Of a stretch of 43,406 nucleotides of DNA, positions 9,619-21,538 are shown piece by piece. The notes below the pieces were generated by a model that saw only the letters and a program-made list of their open reading frames with translations, was not told the DNA's origin and ran no database searches. Numbering within the stretch: the stretch's first letter is position 1; each line of letters begins with the position of its first letter. This stretch comes from an uncultured Gammaproteobacteria bacterium (GTDB taxonomy: Bacteria > Patescibacteriota > Microgenomatia > Levybacterales > UBA12049), in assembly GCA_964483115.1 (NCBI GenBank), contig CAYZZF010000005.1:1-43406 (forward strand), written 5' to 3'. A program made the position numbers and the translations under genes.

Positions 9619-10805
9619 AGATTATTTTCACAGTGCTGATTTTGCTTTTCCCAATAGGAGAGATAGTACGAATTGATATTTTGAGTGGGGCAGTCGCTAC
9701 AGTTAACGATTTGTTTGTTGGAATAGTGGTTGTTATTTGGCTAATTAGACATCTAGAGAAAAGTGGAAAGTTTAAAAGATCAAATCTCGGAACTGCGATA
9801 TTTATATTTGCGGGAATAGGGTTTTTGTCGCTACTTTTTAATAGCGTATCTTTAAACGGTCAACAATTTCTAGTTTCAATTTTATATTTATTACGTTGGA
9901 TTTTCTACGCTTTAATATACTTTGTGGTTTTAGAACTTAGAGGAACATTTAGAAAAAAAATCCCAAGCCTATTAACTTCTGCTGGCTTAATAATTTTAAT
10001 TGGTGGTTTCGTTCAATATTTTCTTTACCCAAATCTTAGAAATCTTTACTATCTTGGCTGGGATGAACATTTATACAGACTTTTTTCAAGTTTCCTTGAT
10101 CCTAACTTTGCAGGAGCATTTTTTGTCTTATATTTTTTATTTGTTGCAGGGTTATTCTTCAGCCTTAAAGAAGGTAAGCGAGTCAGAATTGTTGTATTGG
10201 CAATATTGGGGATAGCAGATATAATAGCCATATATTTGACATATTCAAGAAGCGCTTTCATGATGTTGATTATTGGCGTGTTAACACTTTTGATTTTAAG
10301 GAAAAAGGCGCTAGTTGGGTTCGCTTTGATAATTATATTTGTCGTTGCTGCTTTTTTTACACCTAAAGCATTTAAAACCGAAGGCACAAATCTTTTCCGC
10401 GTTGTTTCTTCTGAGGCAAGGATTGAGTCAGCGCAAAAAGCAATAACTATATTTAAAGAAAATCCAATCTTGGGGGTTGGTTTCAATTCATATAGATATG
10501 CACAGATTAAATATGGGTTTTTGGGTAAAAATGGAGAAATAAGTCATGCTGGAGGCGGTACGGATAATAGTTTTTTGTTTGTTTTGGCAACAACTGGCGT
10601 AATAGGTCTTCTGGCTTACCTTTTTCTATGGGGAAAAATTTTGGTTACATCATTAAAAAAAGCTAAGAAGGGAAATATAAACTCGCAAATTTTATTTTCT
10701 TCCTCAATAGCTATACTTTTTGATAGTTTATTTATAAATAGCTTGTTTTATATTTTCTTTATGATGTGGATGTGGATATTAGTAGGCCTTACGGAGAATA
10801 AGTGA
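9606..10805 (+). CDS. O-antigen ligase/polymerase (Wzy_C) family protein
   Basis: RLFSSFLDPNFAG, LTYSRSA, NPILGVGFN, DNSFLFVLATTGVIGL. Confidence 0.88.
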   Translation: MGLLEIIFTVLILLFPIGEIVRIDILSGAVATVNDLFVGIVVVIWLIRHLEKSGKFKRSNLGTAIFIFAGIGFLSLLFNSVSLNGQQFLVSILYLLRWIFYALIYFVVLELRGTFRKKIPSLLTSAGLIILIGGFVQYFLYPNLRNLYYLGWDEHLYRLFSSFLDPNFAGAFFVLYFLFVAGLFFSLKEGKRVRIVVLAILGIADIIAIYLTYSRSAFMMLIIGVLTLLILRKKALVGFALIIIFVVAAFFTPKAFKTEGTNLFRVVSSEARIESAQKAITIFKENPILGVGFNSYRYAQIKYGFLGKNGEISHAGGGTDNSFLFVLATTGVIGLLAYLFLWGKILVTSLKKAKKGNINSQILFSSSIAILFDSLFINSLFYIFFMMWMWILVGLTENK

Positions 10806-11502
10806 CTTTTATGTCTTTCTCGGTTTTATTTCCCGCATCGTCAGTTGCTACAATTTTTATTTGATTGTCTCCATTCTGAAGAGGAAGGGTATAAGAAAAG
10901 TTGTTATTCTCATCAATAATTGCCCAGAATTCGTTTACTGTTATCCTGACGCCCGGATCTGTCTTACCGGCAACTTGAACAGTATTTTGGTCCTTTGAAA
11001 AGGATTGTCCGTCAGTGGGCGACGTTACCTCAAGAACAGGCTCACTGCTTTTATAGGTAATATTTAGCGTGTCTGAAAAATCACTTTCCTTCTTGTCTTG
11101 GTTCGCTTTTGCCTTAATCTTGTTCTCGCCTTTATTAAGGTTTACGTCAAAAGAAAAATTACCATCTTCGTTTACGCTTGTTTTGTCTATAAGACTGTCA
11201 TTTACGTATAGGTCTATAGTTTGGTTTTGAGAAGCGCTTCCAGAAATTGTAATTCGCGCACTATTTGTTGCGTTTGGCATGGGATTTAAAGTTGGCGGAT
11301 TTATAAAAGAAGCGGCGTTTTGTTTGGTTGGTTCACTTGAGCTTTTTGTTTGCGAGACGAATAGACTAAAGTTAACAAGAAGGGGAATCCCAAATTTAAT
11401 AAGAAGTACTAGAACAATAAAAATTCCTAGGATGCTTAAAATAAGATTTTTCCTTGATTGTTTTTCAAGTCTTCTGGTCAGCCTTGATTGAGATTTCTTC
11501 AT
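10789..11502 (-). CDS. Membrane-anchored protein with two bacterial Ig-like domains
   Basis: Basic N-terminus, one TM helix, two beta-rich repeats (DGNFSFDVNLNKGENKI; NFSYTLPLQNGDNQIKIVATDDAGN). Confidence 0.8.
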   Translation of the reverse strand: MKKSQSRLTRRLEKQSRKNLILSILGIFIVLVLLIKFGIPLLVNFSLFVSQTKSSSEPTKQNAASFINPPTLNPMPNATNSARITISGSASQNQTIDLYVNDSLIDKTSVNEDGNFSFDVNLNKGENKIKAKANQDKKESDFSDTLNITYKSSEPVLEVTSPTDGQSFSKDQNTVQVAGKTDPGVRITVNEFWAIIDENNNFSYTLPLQNGDNQIKIVATDDAGNKTEKDIKVTYSP

Positions 11503-11503
11503 G

Positions 11504-11576
11504 AGCCGATGGGGGGAATCGAACCCTCGACCTACGCTTTACGAAAGCGCCGCTCTGCCAACTGAGCTACATCGGC
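11504..11576 (-). tRNA. tRNA-Thr(CGT)
   Basis: GCCGATG/CATCGGC acceptor; anticodon arm GCGCT-TTCGTAA-AGCGT; GGTTCGATTC T-loop; no encoded CCA. Confidence 0.95.
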
Positions 11577-11605
11577 TAAAATCGAATTTGACACGGTACA
11601 AAACT

Positions 11606-11634
11606 ATTTTATGAAATTTCATTAAAAAGAGCAA
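11606..11634 (-). promoter_or_regulatory. Putative sigma70 promoter for tRNA-Thr and the Ig-protein gene
   Basis: TTGCTC-17 nt-TAAAAT on the minus strand. Confidence 0.5.
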
Positions 11635-11673
11635 TATAACTTTAGTGATATTTGATTTTGCCGCCAAAATAAA

Positions 11674-12099
11674 TTACGGTTGGGGAGGAGATGACCTTTT
11701 TTTGATTTTACTAGCGACTCTAAGTTCGGTTATAGCTTTTATCATTTCTGCCTCGTTAACTCTGAATTCCTCTTCAGTTAATTTTTCTTCCATCAATTTT
11801 TCCGCTCTTTTTTGCGCTTCCTCTGCTTTTGCAACCTCGATGTCTTCTGCTCTTATAGCGTAGTCTGCAAGGATAGTAATTTTGTTTTTTTCTACTTCAA
11901 GAAAACCTCCGGTTATTGCCAGAAGTTCTTGATTATTTCCCTTTCTTATTATCAATTCCCCTGGTACTACTTTCGAAACAAGTCCTACATGACCAGGAAG
12001 AATTCCAATCTGTCCATTTATAGTCGGAGCCATAATTTCATCAACTTCGTTTTTGTAGATTACTTTTTCAGGAGTTATTATTTCTAAAATCAAACTCAT
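11674..12099 (-). CDS. atpC: ATP synthase F1 epsilon
   Basis: LEIITPE, GQIGILPGH, GGFLEV; operon position. Confidence 0.96.
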   Translation of the reverse strand: MSLILEIITPEKVIYKNEVDEIMAPTINGQIGILPGHVGLVSKVVPGELIIRKGNNQELLAITGGFLEVEKNKITILADYAIRAEDIEVAKAEEAQKRAEKLMEEKLTEEEFRVNEAEMIKAITELRVASKIKKRSSPPQP

Positions 12100-12105
12100 A
12101 TTTCA

Positions 12106-14353
<2,248 letters not shown>

Positions 14354-14370
14354 GTTAATATAGATTAAAT

Positions 14371-15894
14371 TTAGGAACTAAATAATTTCTTGAATTCAAG
14401 AATTGCTTTTTCCATAGTTTTTAATGTTGTACTTTCAAGCTTATATCCTGTTGAAAGAGTTTCAATAATTTTTGGGTATTGATTTCTTATAAAATTATGG
14501 TATTCTTTCTCAAATTTTTGGCAAGATTCAACTGGTATATCATCAAGATACCCGTTGGTTACAGCCCACACGCTTAATAGTTGAAAAGCTTCAGGTAGTG
14601 GCTGGTATTGCGGCTGTTTAAGAATCTCGGTTGTTCTTTTACCTCTCTCAAGTTGTGTTAGTGTTGCTTGGTCTAATTCGCTACTGAACTGGGCAAATGC
14701 GGCAAGTGCGTTGTACTGGGCAAGCTCAAGTCTCATTTTTGAAGACACAGACTTGATTGCCGCGGTTTGGGCAGCTCCTCCGACTCTTGATACAGAATTC
14801 CCAACATTTACAGCCGGTCTTATCTGCGCATTGAAGAGATCTGATTGTAAATATATTTGTCCGTCAGTTATTGATATTATGTTTGTTGGTATATAAGCTG
14901 AAATATCATTTGCTTGTGTCTCGACAATTGGTAATGCCGTTATTGAGCCTGCGCCATTTTCCTTGTTTAATTTTACTGCCCGTTCTAGAAGGCGACTATG
15001 AAGATAAAAAATGTCTCCTGGGTATGCTTCGCGCCCTGCCGGACGTTTTAGAACCAATGAAATTTGTCTATATGCCCAAGCATGTTTTGTAAGATCGTCA
15101 TATATTATTAGGACGTCTTCACCTTTTTCCATAAAATACTCAGAAATAGCAATCCCAGCGTACGGAGCAAGATATTGAAGAGCCGCCGAATCAGAAGCAG
15201 TTGCAGAAACAATAACTGTATAATCTAAAGCGCTTGTTTCTTTAAGCTTATCCGCAACCCTTGCAACAGTTGATTGTTTTTGTCCAATTGCAACATAGAT
15301 ACAAATAACCGGTTTAGTCATTTCTCCCTTTTTAACTTTCTGGTTTATAATCGTATCAATTGCAATTGCGGTTTTGCCTAAACCTCGGTCGCCAATAATT
15401 AATTCCCGCTGTCCTCTTCCTATTGGAATTAATGCATCAATTAACTTTATCCCTGTCTTGAGTGGGGTATTTACAGGCTCTCTTTGCGTAACTCCTGGCG
15501 CTATTTTTTCAAGAGGCATATATTTACCGCTCTTTATTTTTTGCTTACCGTCTAATGGGTCGCCTAGAGGAGAAATAATTCTTCCAATTAATTCTTCAGA
15601 AGAGTTAATACCAAGTATTTTACCAGTTGTTTTAACAATGCTGCCTTCTGTTATATCTTTTCCTTCTCCAAAGAGTATTATTGAGACGTTGTCTTCATCA
15701 AGATTTAAGATTACACCCATTGTCCCATCTTCAAAAATTACTTCCTCGCTCATTGATGCTTTTGATAAGCCAGATGCAACAACCACTCCATCTGTATTTT
15801 TTTCGACAATTCCAATATTTTGTTTTTTTGGAGTTTGCGAAAACGTTGATAGACCTTTTTCTAACTCCGCAATTATTTTTTTATCGTCAATCAT
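14371..15894 (-). CDS. atpA: ATP synthase F1 alpha
   Basis: GRGQRELIIGDRGLGKT, GREAYPGD, SVSRVGG. Confidence 0.99.
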   Translation of the reverse strand: MIDDKKIIAELEKGLSTFSQTPKKQNIGIVEKNTDGVVVASGLSKASMSEEVIFEDGTMGVILNLDEDNVSIILFGEGKDITEGSIVKTTGKILGINSSEELIGRIISPLGDPLDGKQKIKSGKYMPLEKIAPGVTQREPVNTPLKTGIKLIDALIPIGRGQRELIIGDRGLGKTAIAIDTIINQKVKKGEMTKPVICIYVAIGQKQSTVARVADKLKETSALDYTVIVSATASDSAALQYLAPYAGIAISEYFMEKGEDVLIIYDDLTKHAWAYRQISLVLKRPAGREAYPGDIFYLHSRLLERAVKLNKENGAGSITALPIVETQANDISAYIPTNIISITDGQIYLQSDLFNAQIRPAVNVGNSVSRVGGAAQTAAIKSVSSKMRLELAQYNALAAFAQFSSELDQATLTQLERGKRTTEILKQPQYQPLPEAFQLLSVWAVTNGYLDDIPVESCQKFEKEYHNFIRNQYPKIIETLSTGYKLESTTLKTMEKAILEFKKLFSS

Positions 15895-16258
15895 AGTCTT
15901 CTTCTTTTATGTGCGATAAAATTTCCTCAAGTGTATTTTTAACATTGAAGTCATATATCAAATCATCGCTTACAATCTTAATCCCAGCTATAAGTGTTGG
16001 GTCGAAAACAAGCTCTATTTTTTTACTGGGAAATTGGGATTTTAAATTTTTTAAAATATCTTCTGTTATCTCCGCTTTGGTTCTTTGAGAAAGTGTCAAA
16101 AATACAGTATTTTTAGCCTCTATTAGTTTTAAGGCTTTTATATATTCTTTAAGCTCTGATCTTTTTAGTGATTTAACGATTAACTTTACTTTTTTTTGGT
16201 TAAGACTGTTTTTAAAAAAACTTTCTTTTGCAAGTACTTTAATTTTTTTATCTGTCAT
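15887..16258 (-). CDS. atpH: ATP synthase delta, short form
   Basis: C-terminal DPTLIAGIKI motif; lies between atpF and atpA; only 123 aa. Confidence 0.82.
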   Translation of the reverse strand: MTDKKIKVLAKESFFKNSLNQKKVKLIVKSLKRSELKEYIKALKLIEAKNTVFLTLSQRTKAEITEDILKNLKSQFPSKKIELVFDPTLIAGIKIVSDDLIYDFNVKNTLEEILSHIKEEDYD

Positions 16259-16260
16259 AG

Positions 16261-16764
16261 TTAGTCTGCTCTCTTAAATTTTGAAAGTGCTGTTTTTACT
16301 AGTTTTTCTTGTTCTTTTTCCCCGAACAATTCTTTTGCTGATTTTTCAATAAAATTTATTGCAATTTCACCTACCCGAAAAGCTAGTTGTTTTTGTGCAT
16401 CTTTTATCTCTCGATTTATTTTTTCTTTTGCGTTTGCGATTATCTCATCAGATCTTCTTCTGGCAGTTTCTTCTGTTTCTTTGGATATTTCGAGTGCTTG
16501 AACTTTAGCATCATCTAATATTTTTTGAGCTTGTGTTTGGGCGTTTTTTAAAATATTTCTTTCAGATATTTTCGCGTCTTCATAAAGCTTTTTTCCTTCT
16601 TCTGCTTGGAGAAGGCCTTCTTTAATAGTTTGTTCGCGCTTTTTAAGCAATTCCAAGACAGGCTTGTATAAAAACCTTTTTAATATATATAAGATGATTA
16701 GAAAATTTACTATTTGGGCACCCAAAAGGAGGGGATCAAGCCCAAAATTTTTGATGACCTCCAT
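16261..16764 (-). CDS. atpF: ATP synthase F0 subunit b
   Basis: QIVNFLIILYILKRFLYKP followed by a coiled coil. Confidence 0.95.
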   Translation of the reverse strand: MEVIKNFGLDPLLLGAQIVNFLIILYILKRFLYKPVLELLKKREQTIKEGLLQAEEGKKLYEDAKISERNILKNAQTQAQKILDDAKVQALEISKETEETARRRSDEIIANAKEKINREIKDAQKQLAFRVGEIAINFIEKSAKELFGEKEQEKLVKTALSKFKRAD

Positions 16765-16775
16765 AAAAAATTTTT

Positions 16776-16982
16776 TTATTTTAGGAATGCCATTATTAGA
16801 GAGTAAATTGCTATTGCTTCGGCAAATGCCATTCCCAAAAGCATTGCAGGTAGTATTCTTCCCGAGCTTTCAGGGTTCCGTCCAATAGCTTCCATTGCTT
16901 TTGCTCCAATAAGACCAATTGCGAATGCGGGCAATATGCCTCCAAGAGCGATTATTAACCCTCCGGATATACTAAAATTCAT
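16776..16982 (-). CDS. atpE: ATP synthase F0 subunit c
   Basis: AIGRNPE loop, FAEAIAIY carrier Glu; upstream AAGGAGGT Shine-Dalgarno. Confidence 0.97.
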   Translation of the reverse strand: MNFSISGGLIIALGGILPAFAIGLIGAKAMEAIGRNPESSGRILPAMLLGMAFAEAIAIYSLIMAFLK

Positions 16983-17725
16983 AAAGTCCCCACCTCCTTT
17001 GCCTTTACAGTTTCATGATGTGGGGTTGTAAGAATTGCCATAAAAACCATTGTTAACATCGCAAAAATAAGAGCCTGAACGAACCCCAGAATAATTTCAA
17101 GCGCGAGAAATGGGAGAGGGAATATAAAGGCAAATATCGTAGATATGGTAAAAAGTACTACTTCCCCTGTATAAATGTTTCCAAAAAGACGAAATGAAAG
17201 TGAAATAATTTTGGTGATCTCTGATATTATTTCTAGAATTCCTATAAAAAAATTTATAGGGTTTAATGAAATATAACGGCTTAAATAACTTTTAAAACCA
17301 ATAGTTCTAATACTTAGTATGTGGGTTGCTACGACCGACAATATGGAAAAACCAAGAGTTACATTTAAATCGCTAGTTGCGCTTCGTATTATGGGGATAA
17401 GCTTTTTTCCTTCAAAAAACCCGATGCTTGATACACCGGGTAAAAGAGAAGTATAATTTGCAATAAGGATGAAAATAAAAAAACTCATAAAAAAGGGGAA
17501 TATTAACTCGGTTCTTTCCTGCGCAATTGATTCTGTCAGTCCGTAAAATGTTTGTACAACTAGTTCTATGGCGTTTTGAAAAAGACCAGGGATGAATTTT
17601 ATTCCCCTTTCTATAAATATAATACCTGCGATAATTAATAGGTCAACAAGTAATGTATCTATAACTGTATTTGTAACTTTAAAAGCTCCAAGATTGAAAA
17701 TTTGTTCAGCTTGAAACGAAAACAT
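16979..17725 (-). CDS. atpB: ATP synthase F0 subunit a
   Basis: SATSDLN, SLSFRLFGN, VQALIFAML. Confidence 0.97.
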   Translation of the reverse strand: MFSFQAEQIFNLGAFKVTNTVIDTLLVDLLIIAGIIFIERGIKFIPGLFQNAIELVVQTFYGLTESIAQERTELIFPFFMSFFIFILIANYTSLLPGVSSIGFFEGKKLIPIIRSATSDLNVTLGFSILSVVATHILSIRTIGFKSYLSRYISLNPINFFIGILEIISEITKIISLSFRLFGNIYTGEVVLFTISTIFAFIFPLPFLALEIILGFVQALIFAMLTMVFMAILTTPHHETVKAKEVGTL

Positions 17726-17734
17726 TGTAGTCTT

Positions 17735-17763
17735 ATTTTAAAGATAATTCGTGGGTAAGTCAA
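17735..17763 (-). promoter_or_regulatory. Putative sigma70 promoter of the atp operon; -35 overlaps the dnaE stop
   Basis: TTGACT-17 nt-TAAAAT, 9 nt before the atpB ATG. Confidence 0.7.
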
Positions 17764-20700
17764 GACGATAAATTCGAAGCCTCAGATATTCTTTCTACGA
17801 TTACGACAGGCTTATTGTCATTTCTGTTATCTACATACCCTTCAATAATAATTACAGAGTCTCTGTTAAGAAGAGATTTATAAATTGTATAGATTTTAGG
17901 AAAAACCACACATTCAATGGAGATTCCTCTTTCATCAGTAATGGTTAAAAATGCCATTTCATTGTTGCCTCTTTTTGTAAAAATCCTTCTTACTGCCTCA
18001 ACTATTCCTCCGATTTTTACCCTTGTTCCCTCTTCCTCTTCTTCAATAAGAGAAATATCATACGTCCCGATAGATTTTAGAGCTTGAAGCTCATCCATTT
18101 TTGGATGAGAGGTTAGATAAAATCCTAAAAATTCTTTTTCAAAAGCCAGTTTTTCCTTTGATGTAAAATCTTCAACATCAATAAAACCAGAGGTTTTTGG
18201 ATCGTCATTCAGATCAGCAAATAACAACACCTGTCCTTCTTTTTCGTGCTTTTTTCTTTTGTAGGCCGCGTCTAAGATCTTGGGATAATTTATAAGCAGA
18301 CTTGCTCTTTTTCCATAGGAATCCATAGCCCCAGCCTTAATAAGGCTTTCAATAGTTTTTTTATTTACCGCTCCAAGATTGACACGTTTTAAGAGATCTT
18401 CAAGATTTTTAAATCTGCCATCCATTCTGTTTTCAAGAATTGTTTTTATGGCTGCCTCTCCCAGGTTTTTTATTGCGGATAAACCAAAACGTATATCGGT
18501 TTTGTTTTCAATGGAAAATTCTTTTTCTGATTTATTAATATCAGGTGGGAGAATATCTATTTTTAACCTTTTACATTCTGCAACTGCTTGCGCAATTTTT
18601 TCGTTCTTTGTTGCCCCTGTTGTCCCTCTTGATTCGGCAGTTAGAAAAGCGGTCATAAACTCGACTGGAAAATGCGCTTTAAGATAAGCAGTTCTATAAG
18701 CAATAGTTGCGTAACATGCAGCATGGGCTTTGCCAAAACCATATCCAGCAAACGGTTCAAATAAAATCCATAAATTCTCAGCATTTTTTTTATCCATGCC
18801 ATTTGCATCGCAACCCTGTATGAAATTATCATGTTGTCTTTTCATTTCAGAGGGGATCTTTTTTCCAACAGCTTTTCTTAGTCTATCTGCGTCGCTCCAA
18901 GAGTATCCTGCAACTTTTATTGCAGTTAAAAGTAGATCATCTTGATATGTGATTATTCCGTATGAATCTTTAAGTACATCTTTTAGTCGCAGGTCAGGAT
19001 ATTTTACAAGAGATGGATTGTGCTTTCTTCTTATAAACTCTGGAATATTCGCCATAGGTCCGGGTCTGTAAAGAGCCACCATTGCTTGAAGGTCAAAAAT
19101 ACTTGTCGGCTTTAATTCTTTTATATACCGTCTCATTCCAGACGACTCAAGCTGAAAAATCCCAGTTGTCTCGCCTGATGCTAGTAGTTCATAGGTTTTT
19201 TTATCCTCAAAGGTGATCTTTGAAAAATCTATTACATCACCCCTGTTATCCTTGATAAATTTTAATGTTTCCTGGATAATAGTCAGATTGCGAAGGCCCA
19301 AAAAATCTATTTTTAGAAGTCCGACTCCATCTTCCCCAACAGTATACATGTCATATTGAGTAATTGTCTTATCTCCGTTTGGTTCTCGCTGAAGCGGAGT
19401 GTATTCCATAAGCGGTTTATCTGCTATTACAACTCCTGCTGCATGTACAGATGCATGTCTTGCGACGCCCTCCAATTTTTTGGCAAGGTCTAAAAGTTTT
19501 TTTGTTTCGGATTCTGTTTGATAGGCAATGCGCAGCTCTGGACTTTGCTCAAGAGCTTTGTCAATTGTCATAGCATGGCCTTGCCATCCTGGAGGAATCA
19601 TTCTGGCAATTCTATCTGGAACAGAGTAAGGCATACCAAGTGTCCTGCCAGTATCTCTTACTGATCCTCTTGCCTCCATAGTTCCGAAGGTTATTATTTG
19701 AGCCACTTTGTCTTTTCCATATTTTCTTGTAACATACTCAATTACTTCGTCTCTTCTATTATCAGCAAAATCAAGATCAATATCGGGAGGCGAAGGTCTC
19801 ATTGGGTTTAAAAATCTCTCAAATGGAAGCTTAAAATACAAAGGGTCTATATCGGAAATTCCCAAAGCATAAGAAACAATTGAACCCGCATTTGACCCTC
19901 TTCCAGGACCTACGGTAATTCCATGACTTTTTGCCCAATTGACAAAATCGGCTACAATAAGAATGTATGTTTCATAACCTTTTTTAAGAATTACAGACAG
20001 TTCGTAATCTACCCTTTCTCTTATTTCTGGTGTTATTTTTTTATATTTTTTCAAAAGTCCTTCTTCAACCTTGTCTTTTATGTACTCGCTGGTGGATTTT
20101 GAAGCCGGAACATCAAATTTTGGCATTATCCAGCTGCCCAATTTTATTTCTAGGTCGCACATATTCGCAATTTTAGAAGTATTTTCAATAGCTTCGGGAG
20201 TTTGAAGAAAAAGTCCTATCATTTCTTCTTTGGTTTTCATATAAAAATCAGGAGAATCTATCATAGTTAATTTTCGCTTTTTATCCTCAAGTGTTGTTTG
20301 TGTCTGAATGCATAGTAATACTTCTTGAGCTTGAGCATCTTGCGGATAAATATAATGATTGTCATTTGTCGCAACAAGAGGAATACTTAATCTTTTTGAA
20401 AGATCAATGATTTTTTCATTAAGTAAATCTTGATTCTTAACATTGATATGTTTTTGAAGTTCTAGATAAAAATTTCCTTCACCAAAAATTTTTGAAAGAA
20501 GCTTTGCTCTTTCTACAGCAGTTTGTTCTTGATTCTGAATAAGAGGTTCTGAAACATAACCTTTAACACAGGAAGAAAGGCATATAAGCCCACTACTTGT
20601 TTCCTTTAAAAGTTCTATATCACATCTCGGTCTATAGTAATATCCTTCAAGATTTGCAATAGATATTATTTTCATCAAATTCTTATAGCCTACTTTATTT

Positions 20701-20981
20701 TTTACTAGAAGAATTAAATGATTTGAGTCTGCGTCAAGACCAGCTTCTTTATCGTATCTTGAGCGTCTACTTATATAAATTTCGCAACCGATTATCGGTT
20801 TTATTCCAATATCTAAGCATTCTTTATAAAATTTAATTGCACCATACATGTTCCCATGATCAGTTATCGCCAAAGTTTTCATTTCAATTTCCTTGGCTCT
20901 TTGAACCATTTCTTTTATTTTCGAAAGGCCATCTAGTAAAGAGTACTCACTATGATTATGAAGGTGAACAAAATCCGCCAT
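17760..20981 (-). CDS. dnaE: DNA polymerase III alpha subunit
   Basis: HLHNHSEYSLLDG PHP domain, GPGRGS, PDIDLD, KIDFLGL, C-terminal OB fold. Confidence 0.99.
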   Translation of the reverse strand: MADFVHLHNHSEYSLLDGLSKIKEMVQRAKEIEMKTLAITDHGNMYGAIKFYKECLDIGIKPIIGCEIYISRRSRYDKEAGLDADSNHLILLVKNKVGYKNLMKIISIANLEGYYYRPRCDIELLKETSSGLICLSSCVKGYVSEPLIQNQEQTAVERAKLLSKIFGEGNFYLELQKHINVKNQDLLNEKIIDLSKRLSIPLVATNDNHYIYPQDAQAQEVLLCIQTQTTLEDKKRKLTMIDSPDFYMKTKEEMIGLFLQTPEAIENTSKIANMCDLEIKLGSWIMPKFDVPASKSTSEYIKDKVEEGLLKKYKKITPEIRERVDYELSVILKKGYETYILIVADFVNWAKSHGITVGPGRGSNAGSIVSYALGISDIDPLYFKLPFERFLNPMRPSPPDIDLDFADNRRDEVIEYVTRKYGKDKVAQIITFGTMEARGSVRDTGRTLGMPYSVPDRIARMIPPGWQGHAMTIDKALEQSPELRIAYQTESETKKLLDLAKKLEGVARHASVHAAGVVIADKPLMEYTPLQREPNGDKTITQYDMYTVGEDGVGLLKIDFLGLRNLTIIQETLKFIKDNRGDVIDFSKITFEDKKTYELLASGETTGIFQLESSGMRRYIKELKPTSIFDLQAMVALYRPGPMANIPEFIRRKHNPSLVKYPDLRLKDVLKDSYGIITYQDDLLLTAIKVAGYSWSDADRLRKAVGKKIPSEMKRQHDNFIQGCDANGMDKKNAENLWILFEPFAGYGFGKAHAACYATIAYRTAYLKAHFPVEFMTAFLTAESRGTTGATKNEKIAQAVAECKRLKIDILPPDINKSEKEFSIENKTDIRFGLSAIKNLGEAAIKTILENRMDGRFKNLEDLLKRVNLGAVNKKTIESLIKAGAMDSYGKRASLLINYPKILDAAYKRKKHEKEGQVLLFADLNDDPKTSGFIDVEDFTSKEKLAFEKEFLGFYLTSHPKMDELQALKSIGTYDISLIEEEEEGTRVKIGGIVEAVRRIFTKRGNNEMAFLTITDERGISIECVVFPKIYTIYKSLLNRDSVIIIEGYVDNRNDNKPVVIVERISEASNLSS

Positions 20982-20986
20982 AATTT

Positions 20987-21538
20987 CTATATCTTTGTGA
21001 TCAAACAGTATGGTGCTTTTTGATCTATAATAGTTTTATCTACACCCAAGCCCGGAGTTAATAATAATTCTATCGGTGTTCCTTTATCAACGCTTAATTT
21101 GATTGACCCTTCGTGTTTTAAGATGTTTTGATTTTGAAATTCTTCATCTATCGCAGGCATTATGCTACCTGCTAAAGTTAGTGAAGAATTAGTCGTAATT
21201 ACTTCAGAAACTAAACTCATAGCAGTTTGATAGTTCTCTATTGCTTGATTGTAAAGATTGGGAAACGATTCTATTTTATGCTCATCGTTATCCGGTTCAA
21301 TTACTATCCTTATATCTATGTCCTTTCTAGGTTGAGGTTTGGTTAATATACCTCCTACAACAATTAATGCTCCATGCTTTCCTTTTTTTCTCATAAATTT
21401 ACCTAGCAAACTCGCAAATGTTTGCACATTATCTTTATCAACATTGCTAAGATGTGCGAAAAATTCCTCTTTGCTTATAGAAAGATGCGGCCATTTTATT
21501 TCTGAAGAGTTTATATCCATAACTTTATTTCTCCTCAA
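20987..21538 (-). CDS. Hypothetical protein, probable Pol-beta-superfamily nucleotidyltransferase (alternative start 21520)
   Basis: LIVVGG-x8-KDIDIRIV matches hG[GS]x9-13DhDh; candidate third acidic residue in PIELLL. Confidence 0.6.
   Translation of the reverse strand: MRRNKVMDINSSEIKWPHLSISKEEFFAHLSNVDKDNVQTFASLLGKFMRKKGKHGALIVVGGILTKPQPRKDIDIRIVIEPDNDEHKIESFPNLYNQAIENYQTAMSLVSEVITTNSSLTLAGSIMPAIDEEFQNQNILKHEGSIKLSVDKGTPIELLLTPGLGVDKTIIDQKAPYCLITKI

Noticed and set aside
15374-15919. 181-aa plus-strand ORF and the other short ORFs antisense to or nested in atp, dnaE, gat, uvrB and GT genes
   Set aside because: Shadow frames of well-supported genes with no motifs of their own.
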